Part shown: positions 52,331 through 64,000 of the stretch, piece by piece
How the letters are laid out: every line of letters begins with the position of its first letter
Position numbering within the stretch: position 1 is the first letter of the stretch
Origin: Marsupella aquatica
Lineage: Eukaryota > Plantae > Marchantiophyta
Length of the DNA stretch: 64,000 nt
Reading direction: 5' to 3'
Assembly (NCBI GenBank): GCA_973895155.1
Contig: OZ316893.1
Span: forward strand, 3,454,490 to 3,518,489
The notes under the pieces: model-generated
Told to the model about the DNA's origin: nothing
The model's input: only the letters and a program-made list of their open reading frames with translations
Databases searched by the model: none
Made by a program: the position numbers and the translations under genes

Positions 52331-55051
52331 AAGTGAAACTAACAACGATCGATGACTCTGGCCAGGGTCTTGCCAGGAAACTTCCGCAAGAGGACCGAGG
52401 ATTACAATCCTAATGACGAGTCAGTAACTGGAGTTCAAAAGGAACATGACTTCCTTTCGGTGTGTTGCTGGAAAAATCTCACAATTCCTCATTTGCGGGT
52501 TTGCTTGATTTGCCGGTAAGAGAATGAAGCACATTAGCATAAATGGCAACATGTTTTTGGTATCCCAATGTTTCTCTTCCTGCAGTTTTCAAAACCTAGA
52601 CGCGCTCCTTACGCTCCTTAACAATGTGGTAAGAGTGGCATCGTTTGCGGAAGCATAGCAGAGTAGCAGATGGGTCGTGATGTTACTCGGAGCTCTCTGT
52701 ATATTTAAATATAAAATTGCACATTGTGGGCACGAATAATACGGAAACCACAATTTTTACATTTGAGGAAGCTGCACCCGAAGCTGCAGCGCAGCCATAA
52801 ATGTCATGCCAACAGACTAAGCATGCTTTAGCTGTAATGACTCCTCGCCTACTAGAGCGATCTGCAGGTTCAACAATAACGGTGAGCTAGACGCCGAACA
52901 GTCATGTGAACGACACGAACAGTCGTGTGTGAGACACGAACAGTCAAACAGACCTGTGAAACGACAGTAAGGACGTTGCTGTCATCGTCGCCTGTACAGC
53001 AGCTGGCCGGGTACTCACAAGCTCCGATGCAGCTAGGATAATTGTCATGTCGGATGCAGAGAAATTTGAGTCGGCTAACATCTCGACGACCTACTTCCCC
53101 AGTTCTTTGAAAAATGCATGGTATAGTAAGTTAAGACGGCCTGGTTGTGACTGACAGGAAAATCGTAGGAAGAAACACTGCGAGGAAACATTACATGCAC
53201 CCTTGCTTAGTGAGCGCTAAAGATTGCAAAACCTGGGATCTTATCTGAATCTCTGAAACCTTACATTATGATTGGGATCTTGATTTGGGATCTGCTGCTC
53301 TCATGAATGGCTATTGAACGGCTTTCTTTCCTGAAGAGCCATGTCTGATCAGTCATCTTCACTTGGTTCCCCGGATAGTAGCTTCGATTGATTCTTACGA
53401 GTGCGTTTGAGAATTATCAAGTTGGAATGTGGGGTACATTGCTGCGAATTGGGCATGACGCTACGCGAAGTACCTCCGAAAAGTTCAATAATTGCAATGC
53501 TACGTATTCCAAGGACAGTAAAATAATAGCAAACTGACATATCCCGCTTTTGCTTTCTTGTTGACGAGCTTGACATCGACCTCTCAAAATTAGTTGAGAG
53601 GAAATCACACAGATTTAGACAATATTTGATCTCTTCGCCATACGTTTCATACAGAAGTTCAATTTTCTGAAGTGGACTAGATCGATAGCCTTGATGATTG
53701 CGTAGTCACTCGAAATGTAGTTGAAGTTTAACACCTTACTGTAGGCAGCCCCTCGTAGTAGTTCGCTCTAAGCCCACATATGTGTGTCATTCCGCAATCC
53801 ATGGCAAACATGAGAAACATTGCGAGAGGTTTGGATAGCACCAACCAGAACAGAGACCCTCGTGCTCACACACGATACGCCTCGTTAGTATCAGTATACT
53901 ACTTTTCTTGTAGTAGACGAGATCAAGCAATAGTCACACACGCCTTAGTTGATCGACGCGCAGTCCACAATTAGATACCGGAAACCATGCAACCGACAAG
54001 ATCAAGCGATAGTCACAGTCCTTGATAGCCCCAGCCAGAAATCCCCATTACATCTTCTTGAAATTGCAACTTTTGCTGGGCAACAGGTTACGCTGATGAT
54101 GTCGTCAATGCACAGTGATTATCTTATTGTCACCCGACTTGCTCAACTGAAGGAAATTTCTGTACAGACTTCGCGAAAATCACAATTATATGGTAACGGT
54201 GCAGCATGTACATTCGACTGATTGTTTCTACAACCCACGACTTCGTAATCCCAGCATTACTAAATTACTCTTCCGCCCCTCTGGAATCTATTACCTATTC
54301 GCTATGAAGCGCACTATTTACTAAACCCTCACTATCTGCTGAGAAGCTGGAGATCTCAGTGGTCTACTATAAGCATCGTGAGAACACACATTCACCAATA
54401 TGCGGCTGCTGATTCATCTGACTTGTTGGTTACTCTCCACAGCCGACGGTCAGGCAAACTTGCTTTGCAACTGTTTTCTCCTTTGCTTCGAAAATAAGCT
54501 TGAGAGCCAAATGATAAACCCTGCGCGTACTAATGACCCTCATTTCGAATGCTATATCATATACAGTGTGGTAAGAAGCGCAAGCTCACACCAACTCGAG
54601 AAAGAGCCAATTAGGTAACTCTTCACTTTGTAAAAGGCACCGGAGCTAGCCTCCGTCCGTGAATGCTAATAATTACTCCGTACATATCACGTTCTATTTT
54701 GTCTGCGTAGCAGACCTTGAGAATCAAAAATTTTCCACGAAAGTGGCACGCTCTGGTCTGGCCATTGACATCAGTTGACCACCTTTGCGTGTCGGCATGC
54801 ACAACAAATCCGAACAAAAAGAGAACCGACTACCCCGCTGGACCCACGTCCCTATCTAGTCCCCAAAAGGAGGCATTCATGTAGTCCTTATCCCCATTTT
54901 TGTCCTGCAGATAACTAATCGTACTTCTTGCCTGCCCAGGCCCCTACCCCCATAATTTGATCCCAGTGTAGAATCGCTTGTAGGGGTATTCTCCTCCATA
55001 CCCTCCGAGTGTGTATTGTGTAGAGCTGCTTACACTCCTCCAAGTCGCAAT

Positions 55052-57545
55052 CTACACGATACACCTGTTGCGACGGACGCAGTCCAATGCCCTCCCTTTA
55101 CTGATGTCGCCAGCCTTCTTAGCTTTGTCGAAGTTGGCTCGGAAGTCACTAGCAACGAAGGGCACGAACTGTGACGGGTGTTCATCGTCGATGAGCTCGG
55201 GAGGGGCTTCGACGTGTAATGATGGCTGAGGATCTAAGAAAATGACCATGGAAAATCGCTCGCACTCTTTGTGCAGCGCAACACGATGCTCCACGCTGGG
55301 AAATCTGCCATTGCTCCAGGCCTGCAAGCACCAGGTCCATTATTGAGCCTTCGATCGAAAATTTACACGACCACCGTCCAACAAAGTCTGTTACAAGCAG
55401 GGAATTTCAAGGTCTATTCTAGCGTACCACGGAACTTCCTAACTGTCACGGAAAAAGCCGATCCCACAAGTCACATTACACCGAGTAAAAAGCCAGTACC
55501 GTAAGGAACAGCTGAACAGCTAACCATTTGATACGAAGTTGACCACCATTGTGTAAGAGAATCTCCGTCAGACTCACTTAATCTTCTTGCACTACTACGC
55601 TTCACCAAAATTTCAGCACATCCTTCGCAAAACAAACTCCCGGCCCGCGACGAAGACGAAAAATCATCCATTCATCGGTTGACAACGATTCTCATGGCAG
55701 CAAATTATTCGAGGAGAGTTCAGACGGAGATTTGAGTCCGAAACAGGGAAGTAGCAGACGCGGACAAGACGTACCTCCAAAATGTCGCCGACATTGACAA
55801 CGAAACTTCCAGGCAGTGGCTTGACGTCGATCCAAAGGTTTCCTCCTGGTTTCTTCACTTGCAATCCGGCCACGTCCTGCTTCAGAAGAGTAAGAACGCT
55901 GGGATCTGAATGAGGTACTGTTCTCCAGACGTTGAAGGGAAGTAGGTTCGGTGGAAAATGATGGAGCCGCCACGTGCCGCTGCGTTCCGCAGGGTTCTTA
56001 AAGTGTCGAGAGTAGAAGTCTTGTTCCAATCCAAGACTCTCCGCTAAAAGTTCTAAAAGTTGGTGTCCAAGTGCTTCCAAAGAGAGACAATGTTCCTGGA
56101 CGGTATTACTGCAACAAATGCCCACGGAAATGCATCAGTAATGCTTACGGACTAGATGCGCAAGACGTCGATCACGTGGTCAGACTGATCCTCCATAGGG
56201 TAAGTGCAGTTCATATTGTGTCAGGCGTAACATGCACATCGCAGCATCCTCGGACTGAGTAAATGGTATTGAATATGACACCGAACAGGACATTCTCCAG
56301 AGAGACGTGTAAGGCGTTTGACACCACGTACACCACCGCAAAATCTTAAAGTGTATCCAAGGTTTGCTCCACGTCAACTCGTTACCAGCCAGAATCGCAA
56401 TCATTGTGAGCAAAGAGGAGATTTTCCCTCGTATCAAAAATAAATAAAACTCCCGAGACGAATCGCTGCCCTTAAGGCGTACTTTCTAAGAGGAGTCATC
56501 TAGACGGTGAAGGCGCAAGCTAGCTAGGATCGTGATATCAACAGGCATGTCTTCACCGCCAGCAGTCATCTTTTACATTCACGAATAAACAATTGACTGG
56601 CAATTCATATCTAAATGTGAGCGCAGGGACATTGCACAACAAAGGTCTTCCGAATACGCTGAAATCGCCGAAGCGCTTAGCCCTTTTTGAAGCGTATTAC
56701 TAAAATCACACCGGGAAAACATATACAGGCCGGATGGAGACTTTGATTTACAAAATCGAACTTCAGCTGCCCGGTGGCAAGCAGGCACCCGATGCTGCAG
56801 TGCTATGACGAAATGGAAGTTAAGCCTCTGCAAGTATTTCACGACTCGGGAAAACTAACATGGACAGTTGTAAAAGAGTACTGAAGGCACAAAAAACATG
56901 AGGCTTGCACAAATGGATTCGATGCAGCCTCGGATGTTCTTCTAGGCATTCAGCTACCTATGGCAGGACATCTGCTTACCTGAACGTTTTGTTCCCGCCG
57001 GGCCAAATCTTTGTGCTGAGATTATCCACCGAACAGGACGGATCGCGTGAATCGGCAAGCGATTCTTTAAGAAGGATCTGTTCTGCTGACCTGAGCGTTC
57101 CTTTGTATCCGAATGACCTCGCGTTGGGACCATCAATTTCTGCACGCTTCTTTACATCCAGTGGGAGATCGAAAAACCGTCGAGCTTGCTCATGCATCCT
57201 AGCCTGTAGCTCATCCGCAACGCTGTGGTTCACTACCTGGAAGAATCCCCATGCTTCGGTTGCCACTCGAAGCTCCTTAACGATCTGCGCTCGCCCTCCT
57301 GGATCACCACTTCTAAGACCTGCTAGGTCAATCACTGGCAAAGACATGGCAGAATTGTCGTGCCTCTCATCTGTTGATTCAGTGTCCGCCGCAGGCAATA
57401 TTGACGCTGGCCATGGGTAGATGTCAGGCAGAGCTGGCGCCACTGCTACTGAGATCTGCGAGTTCCAGACCTTCGATCGCCCAGGATTGCCGAATTTCAC
57501 TGCCGGAGCTCGCAGGAAGGGCACGGCTACCTCTGGAGAAGCCAT
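55052..57545 (-). CDS. 2-oxoglutarate/Fe(II)-dependent dioxygenase (DOXC class), 3 exons, 389 aa
   Basis: Exons 57545-56980, 56108-55775 and 55321-55052 join in frame; [25 protein letters not shown]|[17 protein letters not shown]. Confidence 0.93.
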
Positions 57546-58033
57546 GCTCGCATACAAAATCACTGGTTGAGGTCCAGAGTCGACGAGAAAATCAGCCTCA
57601 GCGTCACCCCTGGGCTACTGTGCGCAGCCCAAAACGGAAGCCCAGTAGAAGTTTACAATAATCACAAAGAGTCCAGTAATTGAAGAAGAATCCCGACCAA
57701 CGTTGCTTCCGACCCAGTCCAGCTCCGACCGCAATTTGAAGTCACTGCCGCTAGAATGCAGATTTCTAGAGGAATTCCGCAGGTGGTGCCTCCGCCTCCA
57801 CAGAACACACCAGAAGAATGCTCTCTATGCAGTACTTATACTGCTGCTTCCGCAACTCGTGGCTGCACTGTCGGCTCGTAGCTGTCCTCGAACCCACGGG
57901 GGAACAAGAGACGACAGTAACTGGACGTCTTCGAACCTCTGGGGAACACGAGACGACAGTAACTGGACAGCAGCTACACTGCAATGCTCAGATCTCAGTA
58001 AGAAATATAAGTCGATCTTTTCCTTAGGGAGCT

Positions 58034-58043
58034 AGCTATATAT
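58034..58043 (-). promoter_or_regulatory. Candidate TATA box of the dioxygenase
   Basis: rc ATATATAG about 490 bp upstream of the ATG; a 48-bp duplication lies between them (57888-57967). Confidence 0.35.
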
Positions 58044-59489
58044 CAATCCGCCTGGTGGAGAGGATGGAAGTCGAGGAGTAGGTAGGGGCAGAATAGATAA
58101 ATCTGACAATGTGCATTTTAGGTAGGATTTTAGACAGCAAGTCCATCATGCCCGTGCAAAAGAAAAGAGCAGGTGACGAGGAGTGAGAGAGAGTGCGAAC
58201 CTCGTTCCTCGCGTCCCATGCTTTTTATACTGCTCCTCCAGCGCAACCCACGCCGATGGCCTTTCTCCCTTTCCTCTTTCCAGGCCCGAAAAGTCAATGG
58301 AATGTCTTGAAGCAAATCTCAAGCCTGTCACCTGCTTTGCAGACTTTAGAAGGTAAGCAAAAGGGACCCTAGTCGTCAACTCTTTTGCAATGTAAAATCC
58401 TACCTTTGAATTTGGCAGAATTATGTGTCTATTTATTCAAAGGACTTTTGAATACTTTTTCCAGCATTGTCTACAACGTCCTACCTATTACCGAACAAAG
58501 TTTTAGCCATGTTTGTGATCATCTGATCATCTACATCATTTCTGATGAGCACCAAAAAAATGGTCAAATATGATTCTAAATTATAATAGAAGGTTGCGCT
58601 CTTTTATTGGTCCTCATTCAAATATAGAGTGTCCAAATAAAGATTCCAGCAAAAGAGGAAGGAATAAATAAAAGATAAGAAAGTTTAGTGCTAATGAAAG
58701 GGGAACTAACACTCTTCAAAAAGGAAAAGTAAACATTGAAATGAGACAACCAAAAAAGGAAATGATTAGTAAATAAGCCCATGCAAGCACAAGGATCAAT
58801 GATGATCCCTCCCCTTTACATGAATGCATAAATGAGAACAAGAAGACGTTTTCAATGCAAGTCAAAAATGTACTATTATCTTCCATATAGTCAAAAATGT
58901 ACTATTATCTTCCATGAAAAAAATCAAAACCAGAAAAAAATTTGAACCAATAAGACAAAAAAAACTCAAGTGGAAACTCAAGCCGTCACTTGGATTGCAG
59001 TGCTGCAAGTTGCGATCCCCCCCCCCCGGACAAACAGCCCTGCCTAGCTCGCCGCCGCCGATGCTGGCTGACTGGCTCTGCCCTCTGCCTCCCAGGCCCC
59101 ATTTTGCCTCCCCACCTCACGGCCCCTCCTCCCAACTCCCTCCTGCCCCTCCCACCTCCCCACCCCACTCTCCCCAGCCTCTCGCCCTCTTGCCTCTCTA
59201 ACCCCACTCTCCCCTCTTGCCCCGACTATCCTCCTCCCGCTCCCCCACTCAACCCTAAAACCCTGCCTCGATGACCCACCCAATCCTCACCCTCGCCCTC
59301 GCCTGGACTTGGTGTTGCCCTTGCCTGGACTCGATCTTGCCCTTAGACTCGGTCTTGCGTTTCGGACTCGGACTCACGCCTAGACCAAGGACTGGGTTCC
59401 TACTAGGTATTTTTTGTCCTCGTGCATGTAGGACTGACAAAATGCAACAATCCTTTGCCCTAACTCATCTCCAAAATTATTGGAGTTTT

Positions 59490-60455
59490 TTTAGTTAACA
59501 ACATAATGTACTTGACAACACCTTTTACTGATGACATCCCATTACTTACCCACATATATTTGAATTGGCATAACGACATCTTTGACATAATGACATCTTT
59601 TAAATACTTAATGACATTTTTAATGCTGCGATATTTTTACCTATTAATGACATATTTTACATATTGACATTTTTTTACTTAACGACATCTTTTATGCCAT
59701 GACATCTTTTAGACAATGACATAATTTTACTTAAATAACGACATCTCTGACGCCACGACATATGTTTACTTATGGAACAGTATTTTTGGTGCAACGCATG
59801 GGTATTGAGTTATTAACTTCTATAATACAAGGCTGTGCCTTTTGTAGTGGTCGTCATTCAAATTTGCAGGGCGCAAAAAATAAGAAATCTGGTAGAAGGG
59901 AGGAATAAATATAAATGAATTTTAGTTTAGTATGAATGAAAAAGAGTCATGCCAATCTCGATGCCAATGTCCAAGTAAGAGGAATCAAATGGGATATCAT
60001 AAGTAAACAAAACAGGGACCTCGTTGCACAAGGATCAAAGAGCAAATATTGTACATATATACTCAATTAGGTGTACTTACTCAATAGAGTGAGATAGTGC
60101 ATAGTTTTGTGTAATATTGGTAAGAGTTAAATTTCAGATACTATTAGGTCAATAGGGGATACATACACTAATCAAATAAAACATTATTCTCCCAATATTT
60201 AGGAGGTTGTTTTATATTCATTTTTTTGTGTCATTTGCAATGCCAGAAAAATAAAAAATTATAAGGTCCATAGACATAGTAAAGATCAAGGCACTGGCGT
60301 TGATGGCAAGGTGTCGGGTGAGGGGCACACTTTTACTTGACGACATCTTTTTATTTCACAATATATTTCACATAACAACCCATTTGGCACCACACCATCT
60401 TTTAACTCGACGACGTCATTTTATTCATGACATCTTTCACATAACAACATCTTTG
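59490..60455 (+). mobile_element. Helitron-like remnants related to 9203-10522
   Basis: GACAT-rich tracts; GTGCAACGCATGGG 3'-hairpin-like motif at ~59788; shared 5' motif at 59821. Confidence 0.45.
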
Positions 60456-60469
60456 GCAGAACGATGAGG

Positions 60470-61772
60470 CAAATGGATGACGCCACAATATACCTCTATG
60501 GGACACTTGATATGTGCATCTACATGTGCATTCCACCAGATTTAGAAGCATGAGGCAGTGCCTCTGCTCAAGGAGTAAAATCCCATATACTATATTTACA
60601 CAAACTTATCTCAAATTCATCTCATTCTAATAATCTACACATACACCTAACGACCCCACTGTGTCTACCATACGGCATACTTGCTGCGGACTAGCTATCC
60701 GCGTGTTGAAGGCCTTATATGGTCTACACAAAGTGGTAGAGTATGGTATCAACGATTCATTGATGAAATGATAGCCATGGGCTCCTCATATGATGCATTG
60801 GCACCATGCTTATTCATTAAACATGTTGATGACAAATTTGTCATTGTCGCCATTTACGTTGATGATTTAAATATTTTTGGTACTCCAACAATTACTAAGG
60901 ACACCATAGCAACACTCAAAATTATATTTGAGATGAAAGACCTCGGAACCACTAAATTTTGTATTGGTCTACAACTTGAGATATTGCCTATTGGCATTTT
61001 ATTGCACCAAACCACTTATATTGAGAAAATCCTAAAGCAATTTAACACGCAACTTGCTCATCCCTTTACATCTCCGATGGTAGTACGCTCATTAGAGAAC
61101 AATACCGCTGACATTTTTTGGAAATGCAAAGAGGATGAATCAAATCTAGGACTTGAGACCCCATACCTTTCCACTATCGGTGCACTAATTTACTTAGCAA
61201 ACAAGACTAGACCAGATATCTCTTTTGCTATTAACCTACTTGCGAGACATAGTGCCAAACCCACTTCCAGACATTGGAATTATGGAGTTAAGCATGTTTT
61301 TCACTATCTCCCTGGTCACACTAACACCAGATTATTCTTTCCATTCAACGCACCTCATGAACTAGTAGGATATGCGGATGCTGGTTATCTTTCAGATACC
61401 GACACTGCTAAATCTCAAACACGTTATGTTTTCCTATTAGGCGGTAATGCTTTTTCTTGGAAAAATGTTAAATAGACCCTAACCACCACATCATCAACCA
61501 TTCAAAAATACTAGCATTACATGAGGCTAGTCATGAAGCTGTATGGCTCCGCCCACTCATCAGTCACATCCAGACTAAATGCGGATTCAAACCACTAACC
61601 AACCTACTAACTTTTTTAAGACAATGCAGCTTATATTCAACAGATCACAAGATGATTTATCAAAGGCGAACGTGTGAATCATATCACATTGAAGTTCTTC
61701 TACAGTCACTCATGAGCTACATGTCATAGAGATCAACATACTACAAACGCTGAGTACAGACAACTCCGCGGA
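60470..61772 (+). pseudogene. Copia RT/RNase H fragment (different family)
   Basis: QSGRVWY, IYVDDLNIFG, FEMKDLG, TRPDISFAINLLAR, GYADAGYLSD; breaks at STDNSA. Confidence 0.9.
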
Positions 61773-62686
61773 ACACGATTTCGGACCGACTGAGAAGTGT
61801 GTCGGAGTTATCGTTTAGCCCGATCCCGTTTTTTTTCTAAGGCAATGCAATGACCGATAAAACTGGCAAAAACTCTTCGAAATGCCACTTTCCTCCATTG
61901 CATCGCCGTGGGAATGCAGGGAGCGATACGTGCATCGGGTTTTACATTCCGTCAGTGAAAAAGTCTGAACTGCGAGTAACTTGGTCCAAACCGCGTAATC
62001 CAAGAACGACCACGCACTAACCCAGGTAAAAGGGAAACTTAACCATGGTTAAGGGGAAATTAACCATTGTTTATAGCGTCTCCTATATAAAGAGGAGCGG
62101 GCTGCCCATAAAACGTTTGCTTTCGCCAGAGCAAATATCTCCTGATTGAGAGCGAATACCAAACTCCCATCAAGTCTTACATTCCTCCCAAGCGATTCGA
62201 CTCTTTCTACCGAAAACCCGACAAATTTATCGGAACAGCCATTCCTGTTCAAGTTCTCCATGTAAGACTAACTAGTCATTTAGTGTAAAATGTCCAGATC
62301 CGAGCGGACTGCGATAAATTTATCGCATTTTGCATTCCTCTGTTGCAATCATTTAATCCAGTGTGTTTAGAGAGGTGTTGCCTTCATTCCGATAAATTTA
62401 TCGGAGTCTCCATTCCTTTCATGGAAAGAGGAGTAATTGAGAATCCGATAAATTTATCGGAGTTGTCATTTTTGTGAAAGATTGAATTCAGGGCTTAGGT
62501 GTCTGAGGAAGTCATATTTTCAATTCGAATGCGGAGTGCGATAAACTTATCGCATCCTCCTGTGAGAATCATTTTCCTTTGTTTTGTTTGGAGACTCATC
62601 TTCATCTCTGATGTCGCAGTGTTGCCGGGTTTAGGAGGCACAACGGAAGGTCGATTGCACTCCGTGGACAACAGGTATTGTGACAA

Positions 62687-63016
62687 ATGGCTGTCTTCCT
62701 TGAAAATTGTGTCAAACGTGCACGCCTATTGTACAAGAGACTTGTGCGACTCAAAGTTCTCCCCATCGGTATAGGAGCATTGTGGATGGGTGGTACTGAT
62801 CCTAGAGATAGGCAGAATCCTCTCCGCATTGAATTATGCGGAATGAATGATGCAAGAGTTCCAATTTGTTCGAGGTTGATGTTAACGGCGTGTTTACATT
62901 CTTTGGAGTTTTCTTGTAACTATTGTTGTCGTCGTCTTGACAACAAGTACCACAAACAGGCTCACTTCTGTTGTAAGATTTGGAACGAAGACCCTTGGGT
63001 GAACCTTTCACGATGA
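62687..63016 (+). CDS. Hypothetical Cys-rich small protein
   Basis: Intronless 109-aa ATG ORF inside the palindrome module; no recognised domain. Confidence 0.3.
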   Translation: MAVFLENCVKRARLLYKRLVRLKVLPIGIGALWMGGTDPRDRQNPLRIELCGMNDARVPICSRLMLTACLHSLEFSCNYCCRRLDNKYHKQAHFCCKIWNEDPWVNLSR

Positions 63017-63210
63017 GTGTTTCGACCTTTTCATTGAGGTGCATCTTGGAAGGACATATTTAAATAAACAAGTCCTACCCTTGCGCAGTGAATATAATAC
63101 GTCACGAGTCCTAATCGTTAAACTGTCGTGCAGGGTTGGTACTGTGGATGTGTTCGGTTACACCTGGTGATTGAAGGTATTTTTATTGGTGGTTTTGGTA
63201 GCTCTGCTTC

Positions 63211-63759
63211 ATGGCTGCATTGGAGAATCTAATCGTTGCAAAGATGGGATCCGTTTTAGCCCACGAGCGTAGAAAATATATTTGAGGAAAAGTGCCCGAT
63301 GTGGAATGCGAAAGTTTGTTGAATGGACTTCCCGATGAACTCGTTGAATCTCACATTTGGCCCCTCCTAGCCTTGTCTTGCACACAAGATGAACACCTTG
63401 GCCTTGACCTAAAACTTCTACCAGAAGAACGACTGACTCGAATGAGAACAATCATTTGTCTTGGAGCCACCTCGAAGAAATGGAACCATCTTGTTGTTGG
63501 TACACGATTTTGGGCGCTATTGAAATATGCAGTCCGTGAGATCAATGACATAAACAAAATGCTCGCAAGCATTCCTAATGCCGACCTTCTCTCAAACCTA
63601 CATATTGCTAGGGTCTTCCGAGAGGAAACTCATTTCCTCCCTCCCATAGATATGCTTGGGTGCTTTTCGTATGAGCAGTTAGATCAGTTTCGTAGAGTTT
63701 GGATAAATCTTGGAGAAAGCGGGAAGCGGACAATTCTTGCATGGCATGGACGAGTCTGA
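63211..63759 (+). pseudogene. Intronless F-box-like protein with one premature stop
   Basis: LNGLPDELVESHIWPLL...LGATSKKWNHLV; ATG at 63211 is in frame, TGA at 63283-63285. Confidence 0.6.
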
Positions 63760-64000
63760 GTGGATGAGGCATTGCAGCGAACATCCGATAAATTTATCGC
63801 ACTCCTCATTCCTCTAGTCGATTTTGGGTGCTTGTAAAGAAACACTTTGAATATAATTGACTCTGCCTCCCCTGACTTCGGGTTGTGTGGTCCAGAGTGT
63901 ATTTTTTTGTGCCTCTTCGGACGATTAGCTGAGAAGTGCATTGGCAGTACAGCCCGTTATACAAGGTACTATAAAGTTGGATGAAACTTGTAGAATTGTA

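Larger units (their letters stand above)
62218..63800. repeat. Dispersed 16-bp palindrome (C/G)CGATAAATTTATCG(G/C), 6 copies
   Basis: At 62218, 62311, 62389, 62445, 62538 and 63785. Confidence 0.9.

Noticed and set aside
56905-57420. 171-aa plus-strand ORF
   Set aside because: Antisense shadow of dioxygenase exon 1.
58914-59283. Proline-rich extensin-like ORFs
   Set aside because: C-rich low-complexity tract with no signal peptide or SP4 periodicity.

Overview
Eukaryotic land-plant DNA (TTTAGGG repeats, pectin methylesterase and 2OG-dioxygenase genes, GT-AG introns). A bryophyte or lycophyte source is only an inference. About 80% of the window is nested, C->T-decayed transposons. Main structures: (1) a nearly intact CRE-clade (RT + RLE) non-LTR retrotransposon at ~4.6-8.4 kb. 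(2) A full-length Ty1/copia (14797-35997, minus strand, 332-bp LTRs, TSD GCCTT), split in frame by a 14.5-kb DNA transposon (16800-31288, imperfect 24-bp TIRs, TSD TGAT). That transposon encodes a spliced Sola2-like DDD transposase, a convergent spliced coiled-coil/RING-H2 gene (itself hit by a 665-bp MITE), an intronless RPS3a copy and two oppositely oriented TACTT arrays. (3) A second, shattered CRE copy (36.7-49.8 kb) holding a gene-bearing TG..CA element, a CACTA MITE, a 5.5-kb inversion bounded by TTAA, and two copies of an unrecognised protein family, one cut off at a telomeric repeat. (4) One clearly intact host gene, a DOXC-type 2OG-Fe(II) dioxygenase. (5) At the right edge, an unexplained module with repeated 16-bp palindromes and an F-box ORF. 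All alignments and counts were done by eye.
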